From the human T2T-CHM13v2.0 reference genome, Homo sapiens: 64,000 nucleotides of DNA. The notes under the pieces were generated by a model. The model ran no database searches. It saw only the letters and a list, made by a program, of their open reading frames with translations, and was not told the DNA's origin. Every line of letters begins with the position of its first letter. The stretch's first letter is position 1. Positions 44,775-59,229 of this stretch are shown here, piece after piece. The position numbers and the translations under genes are program-made. The DNA lies in NCBI RefSeq assembly GCF_009914755.1, contig NC_060947.1. One strand, 5' to 3'.

Positions 44775-45135
44775 TTAAAAATTTTTAGTTCACACATAAT
44801 TGTACATATTTATGGGTTACATAGTAACGTTGCAATACATATAATGTATAGTGATCAGATCAGGGTCATTAGCATATTTATAATCTCAAACAGTTATCAT
44901 TTCTTTGTGTTGGGAACATTTAATATCCTCCTTCTAACGATTTGATATATTATCTTTAACTATAGTCATCCTACAATGCTATAGAATACTAGAACTTATT
45001 CTTTCTTTCTAGCTGTAATTTTGTAACCTCTAACCAACCTCTTCTATCTCCCCTTCCCCTCCATGCTTCCTATCCTCTGGTAGACACTATTCTACTCTCT
45101 ACTTCTATGAGATCAACTTTTTTAGCTTCTGCATC
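44775..45135 (-). mobile_element. L1MA (about MA5-7) 3' end
   Basis: gtacatatttatgggttacat...gatcagatcaggg...tctacttctatgagatcaactttttagc. Confidence 0.82.
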
Positions 45136-45394
45136 AAGAATGAAAGCAAGAACTGTTTTGACAAAAGGGAAATATAGTTTATTTAAAGCACACACTATCT
45201 AAATAATCTAGATAGATAATGTGCTAAATAATACACTCACATGCACACACACTCGCTTTATGTTTCCTGAATATGGATGTTCCTCAATAGAAGACAATAT
45301 TTTTGTGAAATGCTCAGTAAAATAGTGAAAATGTAGTCAATATGATCGCAAGTTTTCATCATCAGCAGTTACGGAACATGACAAATTCACCATC

Positions 45395-45790
45395 TAAGTG
45401 TCAAATACTTTTCTAAGTGCTTTACGTGGGTTAACTCATTTAATTCTCATAATAACTATATGATATAGATTCCATTATCTTCCCCTTTTCATAAATGAGA
45501 AGACTGAAGAACAGAGCATTTAGATGATGTGTTCAAGGTCTCAGAACTAGTGAATGGTAAGGAATCCAGCCTTTTAGCCTTTAGAGACCATGCTCTTGGC
45601 AATTAAACTATAAAGCCTTTTAAAGGAGATTTTAAAAAATTCTTATAATGTGACTCAGTTGTAAACAATGTAAGTGATAGAGATTTTAGACTCACGAAGC
45701 TAGAAGAGCTTTCATGTCCAAATCTTTCACTTTATCAATGAGGAATCTTAGGAAACCAGAGCAGTAAAATGACTTTCTCTGCTTATGTAA
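45395..45790 (-). mobile_element. MIR and MIR3 fragments
   Basis: aactcatttaattctcataataactatatga...aaatgagaagactgaagaacagag...aaggtctcagaactagtga. Confidence 0.7.
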
Positions 45791-47434
45791 CGCATCTTTG
45801 ATATCTATTGTAACTTTTCTGAGAAGTTCCCCCATTGCAGAAGGCAATGGCAGATAGGGAAGCAGGGGAAAAAAATCATTCTGAAAGAGGCAATGTAAGA
45901 GCTGCAGAATTTGTTTCCAGCTTCTGATCTATTACTTAATTTAGGTATTGGCTTAGACATGAACATGATTAAGCTTCATAATTCACAAGGGTGTGGAGGA
46001 GGAAGAATTGTACTCAGGGCCCCATTGTTTACTAGGGGATCTTTCACATTCAGCCCAGTGTTTAAAGGTAGACTTAGTCTAATTTATAGTCCAAATAAAT
46101 GACCAGATAAAAGTACATGTTTTTCTCTGCACCTATTTCTCAGCTTAAAAAAGAGTTGAGACAGACACTTAGCCTGGAAATTAAGCTTCATGGTTTATTT
46201 TAGTGACTCCCCTTATCTGTACTACCAATGGCATGCTGTGAATATATTCTTGACTGCTGCACTTAGTAACACTTCTCTCACTATGTATATAAAAAAGACC
46301 AAGCTACTTATTTTGGGGTTTTGTAAAATGAACAACCTAATCAAACGTGGCTCTTGTGGATTTTATTCTTTGTGGGCACCCATAGTAAATACATAACTTT
46401 ATATCATGCTGAAGATTATCGTTTAGTCATATATATTATATAATGAGTGGTGCTTTGTATAGAGAAGATGCTAAAAATGCCCTGATTAAATTTATTAGGC
46501 ATGATGAGATAGAAAAATACTTACTGTAAAACAAGAAACAAACTTGGAGCCTAAAAAACATTCAAATATTACTTTGAAAGAAAGGAAATAAGCATTTTAT
46601 TATATTTACTAAACTTTAAGAGAAGTTTTTTAACAGAAGTTTTTCCAGACAGTACACTTTCGGATACCCTCAAATTACATTTCAACAATTAGTGGTTTGT
46701 TGTGTGAGCAAATTTCTTTATAGAGGGAAATTAATGGCTGGTATATCCTAGCTAAGGATGTAAATGTCATGGGTAAGTGTTCACAATGGATAATACATGC
46801 CCTGAAAATGATACAGATGGATTTTGATTTATTTTCAAGTGTTGTGATCTGATATAATATCCTTCTAATTTACATTATAAAGCATATTTTCAATGTATGA
46901 TATTCATTGCTCTGGAATATCATAGAATTAATCAAATGCTGTGCATAGATAAAGGAAACAAATGAATTACTTAAGCTTGTGAACAAAGATCAAGTAGGAG
47001 CAAATGAATCAAATCCTTAGGTGTAGTGTGTATATATAAACATTTGTTTTCGTGTAGGTAATCCTGTATATATAGATGTCTTAGGAGCTTTGTAGAAGTG
47101 TTTCTGTAATATTTTAGAGACCTTAACAACTGTAACCTGAATCTGATAAAATGGTGCCTAGCTTAGATTATAATAAATATTAAGTTTGTTTTTTATGAAT
47201 TATAAAATGAAGTAATAAATTTAAAGTCTGATAAATATCAATCCTATTTATCTGTTTTTTCTGAAAAGTGAAATAATCTGCTATTCATATGTCTAGCAAA
47301 ATTATTTCAACCATTTTGATCATTACTGTGAATTATTTAGTTTATATTGTTATAATTAACATATTATATTTACAGTCTACCTGACAGTCACATATACAGA
47401 GAGTCTAATGAGTAAGTAAAAGAGTACACAAGGT

Positions 47435-47650
47435 TTGCTGAGTTCTTACTATGTGCCAGGTACTAGTCTGAGCCCTTGAACATAACACAAGAGCCCTATG
47501 AAATACTTACATTTCTTTGTGTCTGTTATTCAGGTAAGGAAATCGAAGCCCAAAAATGCTAAGTAAATTGCCAAGATCACCAGCCTAGGAAGTAATGGAG
47601 CTAGGATTCAGGCCCAGACAGTCTAGCTCCAGGAATTTTGTTTTAACTAT
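47435..47650 (-). mobile_element. MIR
   Basis: cttactatgtgccaggtact...taagtaaattgccaagatcac...ggattcaggcccagacagtct. Confidence 0.75.
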
Positions 47651-48591
47651 CATTACTGATTATCATGGCCACGTTGATTAGCAAAGCAGTAGCATTCTTA
47701 CCAATACACTTATGAAAGATTGAGACATGCTATTAAAAGCAGTAATCTCCGGGAAATAATAAAATTAACTTCGTGGCAGATAAAATGCAAAGGAAGTGAA
47801 ATAAGAATTAGCAAGTATAATGACTCCATTGTTCAATGAGATTCCAGCAGCCTTTAAGAAAAAATATGCAGTAAAGATTTAGTCAACTCTAGACAGTTTG
47901 ACTCTCAGAAATTTGGTGAGTTTTTAGAACTACTTGACTTCTATCAATGTTTTGCAAATATATGACATGTTGGTGATTCTGTATTCTTCAGATACTAGGC
48001 AGGCTCATAAAAAGCCTCTATTGAGGAGAGTAGTGGAGTGATTTACTTAAAAAGAGGAGGCCTAAAATGACAGAAAGCAAATCGAAATCCATAAAGTAGT
48101 AAGAAACTACTTAACTATTATATAATTAGTGTTAGCATATATACACGATCTCTCAGAATAAATTCAGGAACAGAAAGATAATAAAGAGAAATAAGCCCCA
48201 ACAACAGAAATTTTGTAAGGCTCAAAGACTCATTAAAAGGTGTTAGATCTAGCCCAAATGTCCATAGATAGTTCTAAAACGTAGACTATTCACTGGACTA
48301 AAATGATAGAAAAAAATTGGTAGTAATAGGTAGAAATCTATTTTAAATATAAAAGACTACCAAAATTTGGAAGCATACCTGATAGTGGTGGTAAAATGCT
48401 GTGCATGTATGTCTGTGTGCATGTGAGAAATATTAGTAAAAGAATAAAAGAAAAGGAAATCATCTCTCCTAAGACACTATGGAGAGATATATGGTATATA
48501 ATTCTGTAAAGTAACAGATAAACCATGGCAGGAAGGGAAGATTTTTGGCAGAAAAGAGTAAGAGAAAAAAAAAAAAAGAGGTCCTCTCCAA

Positions 48592-48655
48592 ATATATATA
48601 TATACACGTATATATATACACATACATATACATATATACACATATATATACATAC
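48592..48655. repeat. (TA)/(CA) mixed microsatellite
   Basis: Directly visible. Confidence 0.9.
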
Positions 48656-49218
48656 TATATATTATTTTTGTTTCTTTCTCAGAAAAAAAAACTTTGGGGT
48701 ACAACTTGTGACCATCAAAAGTGAGAAGTAGGGGATTAGCCCTTAGCTAGCAAATACAACAGAGCTGGTAGCCCTGTCACAAGCAATAGCACATTTAGGA
48801 CTTAGTTTTCCATATAATTCCCAATACAATGACAACTGTTGTGTTTACTTGGAAGTAGATTTGATGGCTTAATTTGGCCCTTGATGCTGGAACCAGACAA
48901 CATGGTAAATAAGCTTTGAAAGTAGCCTAGTGTCAGAGTTGGTCATTAGAGTGGTTCATTCAATATGGTTATGGTGTTCAGACTTGAAATCTAAGCATAA
49001 AATATATATGTAGATGGGAAAATTCTGTAGCCACTCCTATGGTTAGTTTTAATAGATTAGATTTCTAACTATGTAAGATTTAAAAGCACCTGTAATCTTA
49101 GAGGGAATATTTCAAAACACTGTCCAGGAAAGGGAGCTGAGGTGAACTTTGTTTTGGGAAATTCATTACAGATAGTTTTGTTTTTTCATTTTTCTTTTCT
49201 TTTTCAATAAGCTTTAGT

Positions 49219-49262
49219 GGTGTGTGTGTGTGTGTGTGTGTGTGTCGTGTGCGTGTGTGTGT
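49219..49262. repeat. (GT)n microsatellite
   Basis: Directly visible. Confidence 0.95.
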
Positions 49263-49902
49263 ATATGATCATTAATTTTGAAATAACTGCCAACACTAGT
49301 TGACTTGAAAGAAAACCTTTTTGAAAGTTTTTAGCTTGTTCCAATTTACTTTTATATAATAAGGGGCAGTAAAACTATTTGCATGTTGGTCTGGCAGAAA
49401 AATAAATTATGAAAGGCAAATTAATTATGTTGAAAATAGTCTGCTAATGTACTATGAGTAATTGGTATTAACCTATGAGTGAAGTTTACACTGACAGATT
49501 TTATTTCATTAGAAGACAGCATTTTCTAATAAAATGAAATGAGCCATCTTATGAAGCAGGGAGATTTCCAGCACTAAAATTGAAAAAGCAAAGGATATGT
49601 GGACACTGGCAGACTGCTCTATTGAAGGGCTTCAGGTGAAGGTTACACTATGTGAATTCTAAGTCCACTTCTACCTCTGTGTTTTATAATTTTAGGACTT
49701 ATTTAAAAACTTCTAGATAAAAAGAAACACAGTATTTTAGATGTGCATTATCTGGTCTTTTGTCAGGAGTTGAGTTCAGAAAAAATGATTAAGATAATAT
49801 TTTTTGGCTGATGAATGCAATTTAATCCTATAGAGAAGTCATATTTTAAGCAGTCAAACATTCTCTACTCAATAGAAAAATACGTCATTATACTTATATA
49901 TA

Positions 49903-50281
49903 TTTTTTCATCAACTTTTATTTTACGTTCCAGGGTGCATGTGCAGGATGTGCAGTTTTGTTACATACGTAAATATGTGCCATGGTGGTTTGCTGCACAG
50001 ATCAACTCATTACCTAGGTATGAAGCCCAGGATCCATTAGCTATTCATCCTGATGCTCTCCCTCACCCCACCCGCCCTCAAGAGGCCTCAGTGTGTGTTG
50101 TTCCCCGCTCCATGTATCCATGTGTTCTCATTGTTCAGCTCCCATTATAAGTGAGTACATGCAGTATTTGATTTTCTGCTCCTGTATCAGTTTGCGGAGG
50201 ATAACGGCTTCCAACTCCATCCATGTCCCTGCAAAGGACGTGATGTCATGTTTTTTTTTAATGGCTGCATAGTATTCCATG
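49903..50281 (-). mobile_element. 5'-truncated L1PA (about PA8-10) 3' end
   Basis: catgtgcaggatgtgcagttttgttacat...atggctgcatagtattccatg; degenerate TSD aatac...attata. Confidence 0.88.
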
Positions 50282-50419
50282 AATACACTATTATATCTTT
50301 TGATGGCCTGTTCTTGACCAAAGCTGAGCCACAGCTGTGGAACATTGTGTATGATTATGTGTATATGTTATTTCAAAAAAGGAAAAGACAAAAATGTCAT
50401 GCCCCTTTTTGAGTTTTGG

Positions 50420-50751
50420 AAAGAGAAATGGTGAGAAAGAAAGGGGGAGAAAGGGAAAAGAGGTAGGAGGTGAGACAGGGGGAGAAGTTTGGAAGAAAAA
50501 GGGAGTGAAAATAGGAAGAGAGTACAGTAAAGATAAAGTGGAGAAACATGGGAAGAGGGAAAGGGGAGCAAGAGAGGGAAAATTCAAAAGAGAGGCCGAG
50601 AGAGAGAAAATGTGTTAAAGATGAAGAGAGGCAAACAGAGTCAGTAGTAGCAAGAGAGAAAAGGGGAGAAATGGAGGAAGAGAGCAGAGAGAACAAGAGA
50701 AGAGAGGGAAGAGAGGTATGAAGAAGTGGGCATGGTGTATGTGTCTGCATT

Positions 50752-50802
<51 letters not shown>

Positions 50803-50830
50803 CGCCTGAGAAAGAGATAGAGGGAGAGAG
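50420..50830. repeat. GA-rich polypurine tract followed by (GT)n(GC)n
   Basis: ~300 bp predominantly A/G, then gtgtgt...gcgcgcgcgc at 50752-50804. Confidence 0.9.
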
Positions 50831-53688
50831 CAAATTTCTAGACTTAACTGTGTACTGAAACATACTCATCCAGTACCTACTTAATAATCTAAAAACATTT
50901 TCATTAACATCTTACAATCATCCTATGTTAAATTCATGAATACGTTACAAGTAGCATTTCGAATAAGAAGTGGAGATTACTGGCACTCTTGCTCCCACCC
51001 TTTTTACCCACAAATCTTAAACACATTTAAGTCTCTGGAATTACCCACCTTTAGTTAATTTTGATTCCTTTACCTTTGAATGAAAAATTTATCTTTTATG
51101 ACCAAATACTGAAATGATGCATTACTGAAGATGTCATGAAAGAAAATGTAGCATGAAAAACATTTAACTTCTTGACTTCCTGAGTACCACTATTTGGATT
51201 ATAAAAATATTTTAAGATAATCAAGGTGGATCTATTTTGAAAATCTCTAACTAGTAAAAGCAGACCTATGTCTTGCAAAGCTTTTGCTACTTCCTAATGC
51301 CTCATTTGTGCCAGTTGAAAAACTGCAGTAATTAACAGGCCAAGCTGTATTCAGAAGATTCAGACACAGCCAGAGAAAACTGTCTCCTCCTTTGCTACTA
51401 TCAGCCTCAGGAGAGAGAATGGGTTACTCATGGACCAGATCATCTTAAAGAAGAAGCAGTGAAATACCTTAGTAAAATATTAGAAACTCTTTTGATGTAT
51501 AATATTACTTTACATTAGTGAATTTTTGTTGTCAGATAGGCAACTCAAATACCTACAATGCATTTTTTCAACCTTCAAACACAATTTAGCACAGTTCTCT
51601 ATGCAAATATTTGAAGATATTTCCACCCATGATGAATTTTAAAGAAAATTTATTTTACTAAGGAAAAGGAGCTCAGCTTTTATAGGAAAGATAACATCAA
51701 TGTTTACTATAATCCTGACATATTTTGGTGCATTTTTATCAAAATATTCGCTAGTTTCTTTGTTTGTTGACAAAAATCCATGCATATTTATGAACTGCTT
51801 AGGTAGTAAGCAGTTATTCCTAAATTTGTCAGTGAATAACTATTGCTAAATGGGAAAGTTGGTGTGAAGAAATTAATATTTTAGGTGTCAGACATGCCTA
51901 AGCAAATTTCATTTTGTTTGCAATTAGTGTTTAATTCTTATCCTCAAAAATTTTCTAGTAAAAAAAGTAATAACAATCATAATGTGAACAATTAACAAAA
52001 ATCACCCAAAATAGGGTTTCTAAATGGAGACATTCTTAATGGCCCTTTCGTTGAATGTGTTGAGTGTCTCTAAAGAGAAAGGGTGATAACAAAGTTGTGG
52101 TTAAGGATATGTCTCCATCCAAACAAAATATTATAAGTCTGTTAATTAGGACAATAATAAAACTAACATCACAGATGCATTCTTTTCTTAAAACATAGCT
52201 AAATATTTCACCTCAGCTATTGAAATCTTTTTTTCCTTTAAAAATGGGCTTTGTCTTTGTCTTTCTTTTAGCTGTTCCCTTTGTTAATTGTCCCTAACCA
52301 TGGGAATGTTATTGTAGAAGAATTTCACGGCCCAAGCTATAAGAATCATTGATTAGTGGCATTCAAATTTTACCAGCAAGAGGAGAAAGCTTAGTTCCTT
52401 TAGGCTTGGGTTGGAATAGCACCCATAATTAAAGATGTCTGTCAACCCTTGTTATGCTTCTAGTCTTACCATTTTTCCCCCCTGAACATAATTTGCTCTT
52501 TTGAAAGAATAGCTTTTTCTTGAGACTTATAGGTCACTCTTTGTTCCTTGCTAAAATCGGAAATTCTTGGCACAACACTCCGCTGTTAACTAGATTTTTT
52601 TTTCTGACTGTAGTGAGGTTTAAAGACATTAGTTCTGGGATACTTTCTGTGTGTCTCTCTTTAGGATACTCTAAAACTGACTAGGGGCACCTTATCCAAT
52701 TCTTCAAAACTATATGGAAATAGTTTAAATTAGATTTTAAGTCAATATATGATTTTAAAATTCTACTTTGGAGTACCTTAATTCAATTAATTATTTACCC
52801 AAAATGCTACTAACTTTACTGGAACCATCAAATTGTTGTTGTTCATATACATTATATGGCAGCAATTCCAACTGAAGCTATCTTCACTGTTTTTCCTCAG
52901 TGAAGACCTTTTGTTATTCTTCATTGAATTAAAGAAAGCTTGAGTTTTGTCTTTTCCTGCCTGAGAGTCCTAGATAAATTATAGAAATTAGACTGGAATC
53001 CCACTGTAGATATGTTACTGAGTTTAAACTGAAATAACTCTGTGTCTAAAATAAATCACCCAAAGCTGAACAGAAAAGTTATTGGACAATTAGAAGAACA
53101 TTTAATTGTATAAGATGAAACTCAGCAAGCTGTAAGGCAATGTAATTAAATAGACACAGCTTAATGAAGATAAGGAATTTGAAAGGGAAATAAGTATTTT
53201 TCAATGTATGCTAATTCAGGTAGAAAATACCTCAGCAAGATGTGTTATCCCAATTATATGTCAAGCTTAGGAAATTCAAGTTTTAAAAAAAGCATTGTTT
53301 AAAAAGGAAATATGCAAGTGAGGAACAATATTGGAACATATTTTCAGTTTTTCATGGCTATAGAGATAACAAATGTCTTACTAGAGAAGACCCAGTACAA
53401 CATGAAGACCCAGTTTTCATGGACAGCTAAATTATTTTCTTATAATTTGTAATTTTGTACAATTTCTTACACTTATATTTCCCAGCTTCTTATTGTCATT
53501 TATCTTAAAGATAAATTATTTTTCCTAAAGAACATTCATTCCTGAATTTGTGTGTTATTTCATATTATCAGCTTCAATTAATTTAACGATACACTTTTCA
53601 ATCTCCATAGTGAATCAGTGCTGAGAATATCCACTAAACCTTGTCACACTTTTTGTTACTGTCCATTTTTTTAGAGAAACAGAAGTTT

Positions 53689-54266
53689 TGTAAACCAAAA
53701 AGTACCTGAGACAAGTCTCAATCAATTTAGAAAGTTTATTTTGCCGAGGTTAAGGCGGCCCCAATGACATAGACTCAGGAGGTCCTGATGCCACGTGCCA
53801 AGGTGGTTGGGTACAGCTTGATTTTATACATTTTAGGGAGACATAATGCATAAATCAACGCATGTAAGATTTACATTGGTTCAATCTGGAAGGGTGGGAA
53901 AACTCAAAGCAGGGGCTTCCAGGCCATAGGTAGATTCAAACATATACTGATTGGCAATTGGTTGAAAGAGTTATTATCTATAGAAAGGAAAGTCTAGATT
54001 ATTATAAGCGCTTGTGAGGACCTAGGATTTCTCATGCAAATGAAGCCTCCAAGTAGCAGACTTTAGAGAGAATAGATTGTTGATGTTTCTTACCAGACTT
54101 AATGTATTGCTGTTAATGTTGGCAGGGTATAATGAAGCATGCCCAACACCCACTTGCCATAATGGGTTGAACCAGTCTTTCATGTTAAATTTTAGGGGGC
54201 TCTGGCTGAGGAGGGAGCCCATTCAGATGGTTGCAGGGGGCCTTTAAATTTTATTTTTGGTTTATA
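53689..54266 (-). mobile_element. MER4-family (ERV1) solo LTR with 4-bp TSD
   Basis: tgtaaaccaaaaa...tttttggtttata inverted termini; TSD gttt at 53685-53688 and 54267-54270; ctcaggaggtcctgat motif. Confidence 0.88.
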
Positions 54267-57200
54267 GTTTCTTTGTCCTATCCAGGTACCTTATGATCTT
54301 CAAGTTATGTACAATCCAGAGGGGGTGCGATGTTTCAGCAAAATGGGGTCTATTGGGGCAATATTTATCCTTAGTACCCCTCAATTAATGGTGCATAAAG
54401 AATTAGAAAGTAGTTGAACATAGAGTTAAATTGTAATTGGCAGTTCTGTGAGATGAAAATTTGATTTGCCTAAGTAATTTTAACCCTCTTAACATTTAGC
54501 TAATGTATACACCAAAAGATACACATTTGACCACTTGTAATTATCTCAAACCCTTACAACTTACAATCGTATTTTCATTCTTGACTTGCTCCTCTCTGAA
54601 ACATATAGTTAGCTCTTTTTTGAAATCAAAACATTTATATAATATAATATATATTATATAATATAGTATAATATAGTTGAGAATGGTTCCTTGCCTAAAA
54701 TAATTTTTATCATTTGCTATTAACTTGAAGGTAATATTTGAAGGTGTTTGTTTATTTGTTTTTGTTTTTTGAGGGTCCTGAAAGGGATTATTTAAGTTTA
54801 GCTATAGGCAAAATATTTATATGATTTTAGCATGAAGCCATACATGAATAAAGCTTATTTCTTATCTGCATCGATGTTATTAAGGAAATGATCGTAATTG
54901 AATGGGCTTAACACTTTACCTTTTCATTTTTTAAGAATATTCAATGAGGATGCTTATTATCTTCTCATTTTATTAGATTTACTATTAATTTAATAATTTT
55001 AAATATATGTTATTGTAATTATTTATATAATGATTTAAATAGTTTAATTCAAAGTTACAACTGGCAAAGGAATCCCTTTTATGAAACTATAATCACCTTT
55101 AAGATTCTGGATTGATATGCTAGATACTTGATTAGGTAATTGCCACTTAATAGGAATCTATTTTCCTAAAACTATATACAGATTTTGTGAGTGAGGAGAG
55201 GTTTAGACTCTGACTTTTTTCATTCAACTGCCATATATATAATGAGAAGGAGGACAATAGTCTGAGCACTTTTTCTACGTCTATAGCTCAATATACATGA
55301 CTATTATTTTCTTTTAAATAATAGTACATATCAGTACTATGTTGTTACAGTTTCGGGAATCTAGTCGAATTTACACAATTTTTTCTTACCTAATATATGG
55401 AACTATTTGCTTTGCTTTTGCTTATGTTTTCTAAAATAAGCCTATCTAAAGAGTAAAATCAGAATAATTTCCCATTGCATCAAACACAGGGACAAATATT
55501 AAATGCCCAAAGTTTATTCTTTATGAAAAAAGTAAAATATAAAGTTCAAATAGATGCAACAAAATGTAGACGGTCTGCATATTGGCTGCTTGTGAAATGA
55601 TTGCTACCAGTTTTACTAATTCATTTCTTCCAAATTCATGTGAATCTAAAAAAACTAATATAAGAAAATATATTTGGAAACTGTGTTTCTTTCAATAATC
55701 TATTCTGATATGCAGAGTTTTTACTGTATGGATAGGAAGAGTGATTAGATTTATTAACTAGGTCTCATTAGTTCAAAACATCATTACACTGTTTCTCTCT
55801 GTCTTTAGCGACTGTATAAGATCTTCCTTTATTCATTGTATAATTTCAACATCTGGTACAGTTTCAGTAGTTTTTTCTCTTTTTTCTCAAATTTTAAAAA
55901 TTAAGCTTAATTTCCTCATGCAAATATGACTTTTATAGCTCATACAATTGAATTAAATTCACTATGTGTGCCTATTTGTCTAATTAGGTCAATAAAGTCG
56001 CCATTAATTTTAGATTGTCCATCTGATATTATGCAATTCTTCTCACATTGAGAAAATTATCACTAGAATATTTCATGACAAAACAATACTGGTTCTTTTA
56101 AAAATGTGTGAGCTTCTATTTTGCATATACTTTCATACCATCTTTCCAAAAGAAAGGTAATAGCCATGAATAAATATTGTCTTGGATCTAAAGTTGCTAC
56201 AACTTCCCTTTAATATCTGAAGATTGGAAGAATCAAAGTAGCCTGACACTTCTAAGTCAGAACATAAGTGTTTTCACCAGATACACCCTCAGAAGCATAT
56301 TTGTGGTTTTAAAAACTACTTGAACATTTTTACATCTGTCCAAGATGGAATAAGAGGGACTAGATTTATCCTACTTCTGAAACAACTAAAAGAGAGAGAG
56401 AATATATGAAATGACATCTGTCAAATTATGGACCTCAGGCAAAAAAGGACAGTGATCCCTGACAGACAGGAAACAAGTGAAGTAAACCTAAAATTTCCAC
56501 AGCTCACAATCTTGAGGGAGTTGCCAGAACACAATGCAGAGAAAGATAATCCAGGTGGAGCCTGAATAACTTCCTGAGTTAAGGAGACAGAGATGGTTAG
56601 AATTTCTGGAGCAAAGTACTGAAGAGAAAAGAGCTAGACGGAGAGAATACCCTGGAGATCAGCACAGGGTCTCCCTTGGGTATTCATCAGCTTGTTGATC
56701 AGTGTATTTGTGAGGGAAGCATCTGAAGTCACTGTGAAAAAGCCATCCAGTAGTATTACAGAATAATGCCTGGTTCTTATACATGGCTAGAAATAGTGCC
56801 TGTTTCTACTAGTCAGACTGGAAAAAGAATTATGTTTCTAAGGCACTGAACAGAGTACTCCAAAAGGTCTTTCTCAGTAGTGGGACATAATTAGCCCCTA
56901 GATGAAGCATAACTCTGCATCTACTAACAAATAACAAAAAGAAGGCCTGAAAGAATCAAACTTTTGAAGTAACTTATATTCATCCCAGATAAAATCTTGA
57001 TCATATTTATAAAAATAGAAAAATATCTGGAAGCCAACACAGTGAAATTCACAATGAATGACATAGAAGCAAAGATTAGTGAACATACTAATAAGCAGGG
57101 AATCATAAGCTATAATGAGTAGAATAATCAACAGAAACTGAGAGCTGACACAAATATTAGGATTAGCATATAATAGCATCTTAAAATGTTATTGTAATTG

Positions 57201-58053
57201 TGTTTTCTAGGTTCAAAATGTTGGGTAGAGATACATAAGATATTAAAAAGACTCAAATCAAACTTCCAGAAATGCCAGCCAAAATGTATGAGAGGTAAAA
57301 ATGCACAGGATGAAATTCATGTTAGAGTAGACATGCAAGAAGAAAAGATTAGTGAATATGAAGACATAGCAATACAAACTATTCAAAATGAAATACAGAA
57401 TAATGACTTTTTAAAATGACAATAAAAGTAACTGAGCTCTGGGACAATTTCAAGTAGCTTTATTTATGTGGAACTAGAGTCTAAGAAGGAGAGGAGGTGT
57501 GAGACAGGCAGAAAGAAAATATTTGAGTTAATAATGGCAAAAATTTTCCAAATTTAATGACGACTCTGAACTCATCAAGTCAAGAAGGTTAATGAATCCA
57601 AGCACAAGAAACATGAAGAAAACTGCACCCATTACAGCTCATAATAATCAAATTGCTCAAACTCAATGATAAAGAAAAAAAAATGTAACGCAGCCAGAGA
57701 AACAAGACACACTATGTAGAGAGAAACAAAGATGACAGCAGAATTCTTGTCTGAAACAATGCAAGTAAAAAGACAGTGGAGGGCTGTCTTTAAAGTGCTG
57801 AAAGAAAAAAAAAGTCTACCTAGAATTTTGTATCCAATGAAAATATCTTTCAAAACTGAGGGCAAAATAAAGATATTTCCAACATACAAAAGTTGAAAGA
57901 ATTTATCACCGGCCCACGGAAATGCTGAAGTCCATCAGGCAGGGAAAAATAAAACACCAGATGGAAATGTGGACATACAAAAACAAAGAATAACACTACA
58001 AATGATCACTACAGGGTAAATATACAAGCTAGTTTTTGTATCATTAAACTCTC

Positions 58054-58444
58054 TGATATAGTTTGGATGTGTGCCCTGCCCAAACCTAATACTGAAATAT
58101 AATTCCCAGTTTTGGAGGTGGGCCTGGTGGGAGGTGATTGGATTATGGGAGTGGATTTCTCGTGAGTGGTTTACCACCATCCCCCTTGTTATTGTCCTTG
58201 TGATAATGAGTGAGTTCTCATTAGATCTGATCATTTAAAAGTATGCAGCACTTCCCCCATGCCTCTCTTGCTCCTGCTTCAACTTCCGCCATGATTGTAA
58301 GCCTCCAGATGCCTACTCCAGAGCAGATGCTGATGTTATACTTCCTGTACAGCCTGCAGAACCGTAAGCCAATTAAAGATCTTCTTTTCTTTTAAATTAC
58401 CCAGTTTCAGGTATTTATAGTAACGCAAGAACAGCCTTAACACA
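58054..58444 (+). mobile_element. MSTA/MSTB MaLR solo LTR nested in L1M
   Basis: tgatatagtttggatgtgtg...gcctggtgggaggtgattgg...aaattacccagtttcaggtat...aacaca. Confidence 0.88.
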
Positions 58445-58632
58445 CTGTATTATAAAATAACTTAGCTATTTATAAAACATTAATGACAATATATTGGAGT
58501 TTATAACATATATAAGTAAAATGTATTTCAATAATAGCATAAAAGTTTGGAAGAGGAGATATAGAAGTGTGTGTGTGCATGGGCACACATGCGCATGTAT
58601 ACACACACAGGCACACAAACATATATATGTAT

Positions 58633-58922
58633 TGTTTTTGAAAACAGGATCTCACTCTGTTGCCTAGTCTGGAGTGCCATGGCTGAGTCATGGCTCACTG
58701 CAGCCTCACCCTCCTGAGATCAAATGATCTCCTGGCTCAGACTCCCAAGTAACTAGGACTAAGGGTTACCACACATGGCTAATAGAATTTTTTTTTTTTT
58801 TTTGTAGAGATAAGGTCTCATTATGTTGCCCAGGTTGGTCTCAGACTCCTGAGCTCAACTGATACTCTTGCCTCAGCCTCCCAAAGTGTTGGAATTATAG
58901 GTGTGAGCCACTGCGCCTGGTC
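58633..58922 (-). mobile_element. AluJ nested in L1M
   Basis: catggctcactgcagcctc...ctcctgagctcaa...ccactgcgcctggtc. Confidence 0.88.
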
Positions 58923-59099
58923 AGAAGTATATTATTGCAAGGTTTTTATAATATACGTGATATAGGATAATATAGTCTGAAGGCAGTCTGTGATAAGTTA
59001 AAGGTATATACTATTAGTAGTAAAGCAACCACTAAAATGAAAAAGTTGTATCTAAAAAGACAACAGAAATAAAATTTGATTGTAAAAAATATTCAATCT

Positions 59100-59207
59100 A
59101 CTGTAGTCACTAATAACTTAATTGTGCATTTTAAAATAACTTAAGGAGTATAATTGGATTGTTTGTAATTCAAAGGATAAATGCTCAAGGGGATGGATAC
59201 CCCACCT
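59100..59207 (+). mobile_element. Internal L1MA 3' UTR fragment without tail, nested in L1M
   Basis: Matches the reverse complement of the L1MA 3' UTR at ~29510-29615 (gtataattggattgtttgtaa...ggatggataccc). Confidence 0.75.
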
Positions 59208-59229
59208 TCAGAAAAGAAGGCAGAGAAAG

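Noticed and set aside
50291-50869. Overlapping ORFs up to 117 aa
   Set aside because: Low-complexity GA/CT sequence that lacks stop codons.
53386-53420. Short direct repeat gaagacccagt (period 18)
   Set aside because: Trivial slippage duplication with no further structure.
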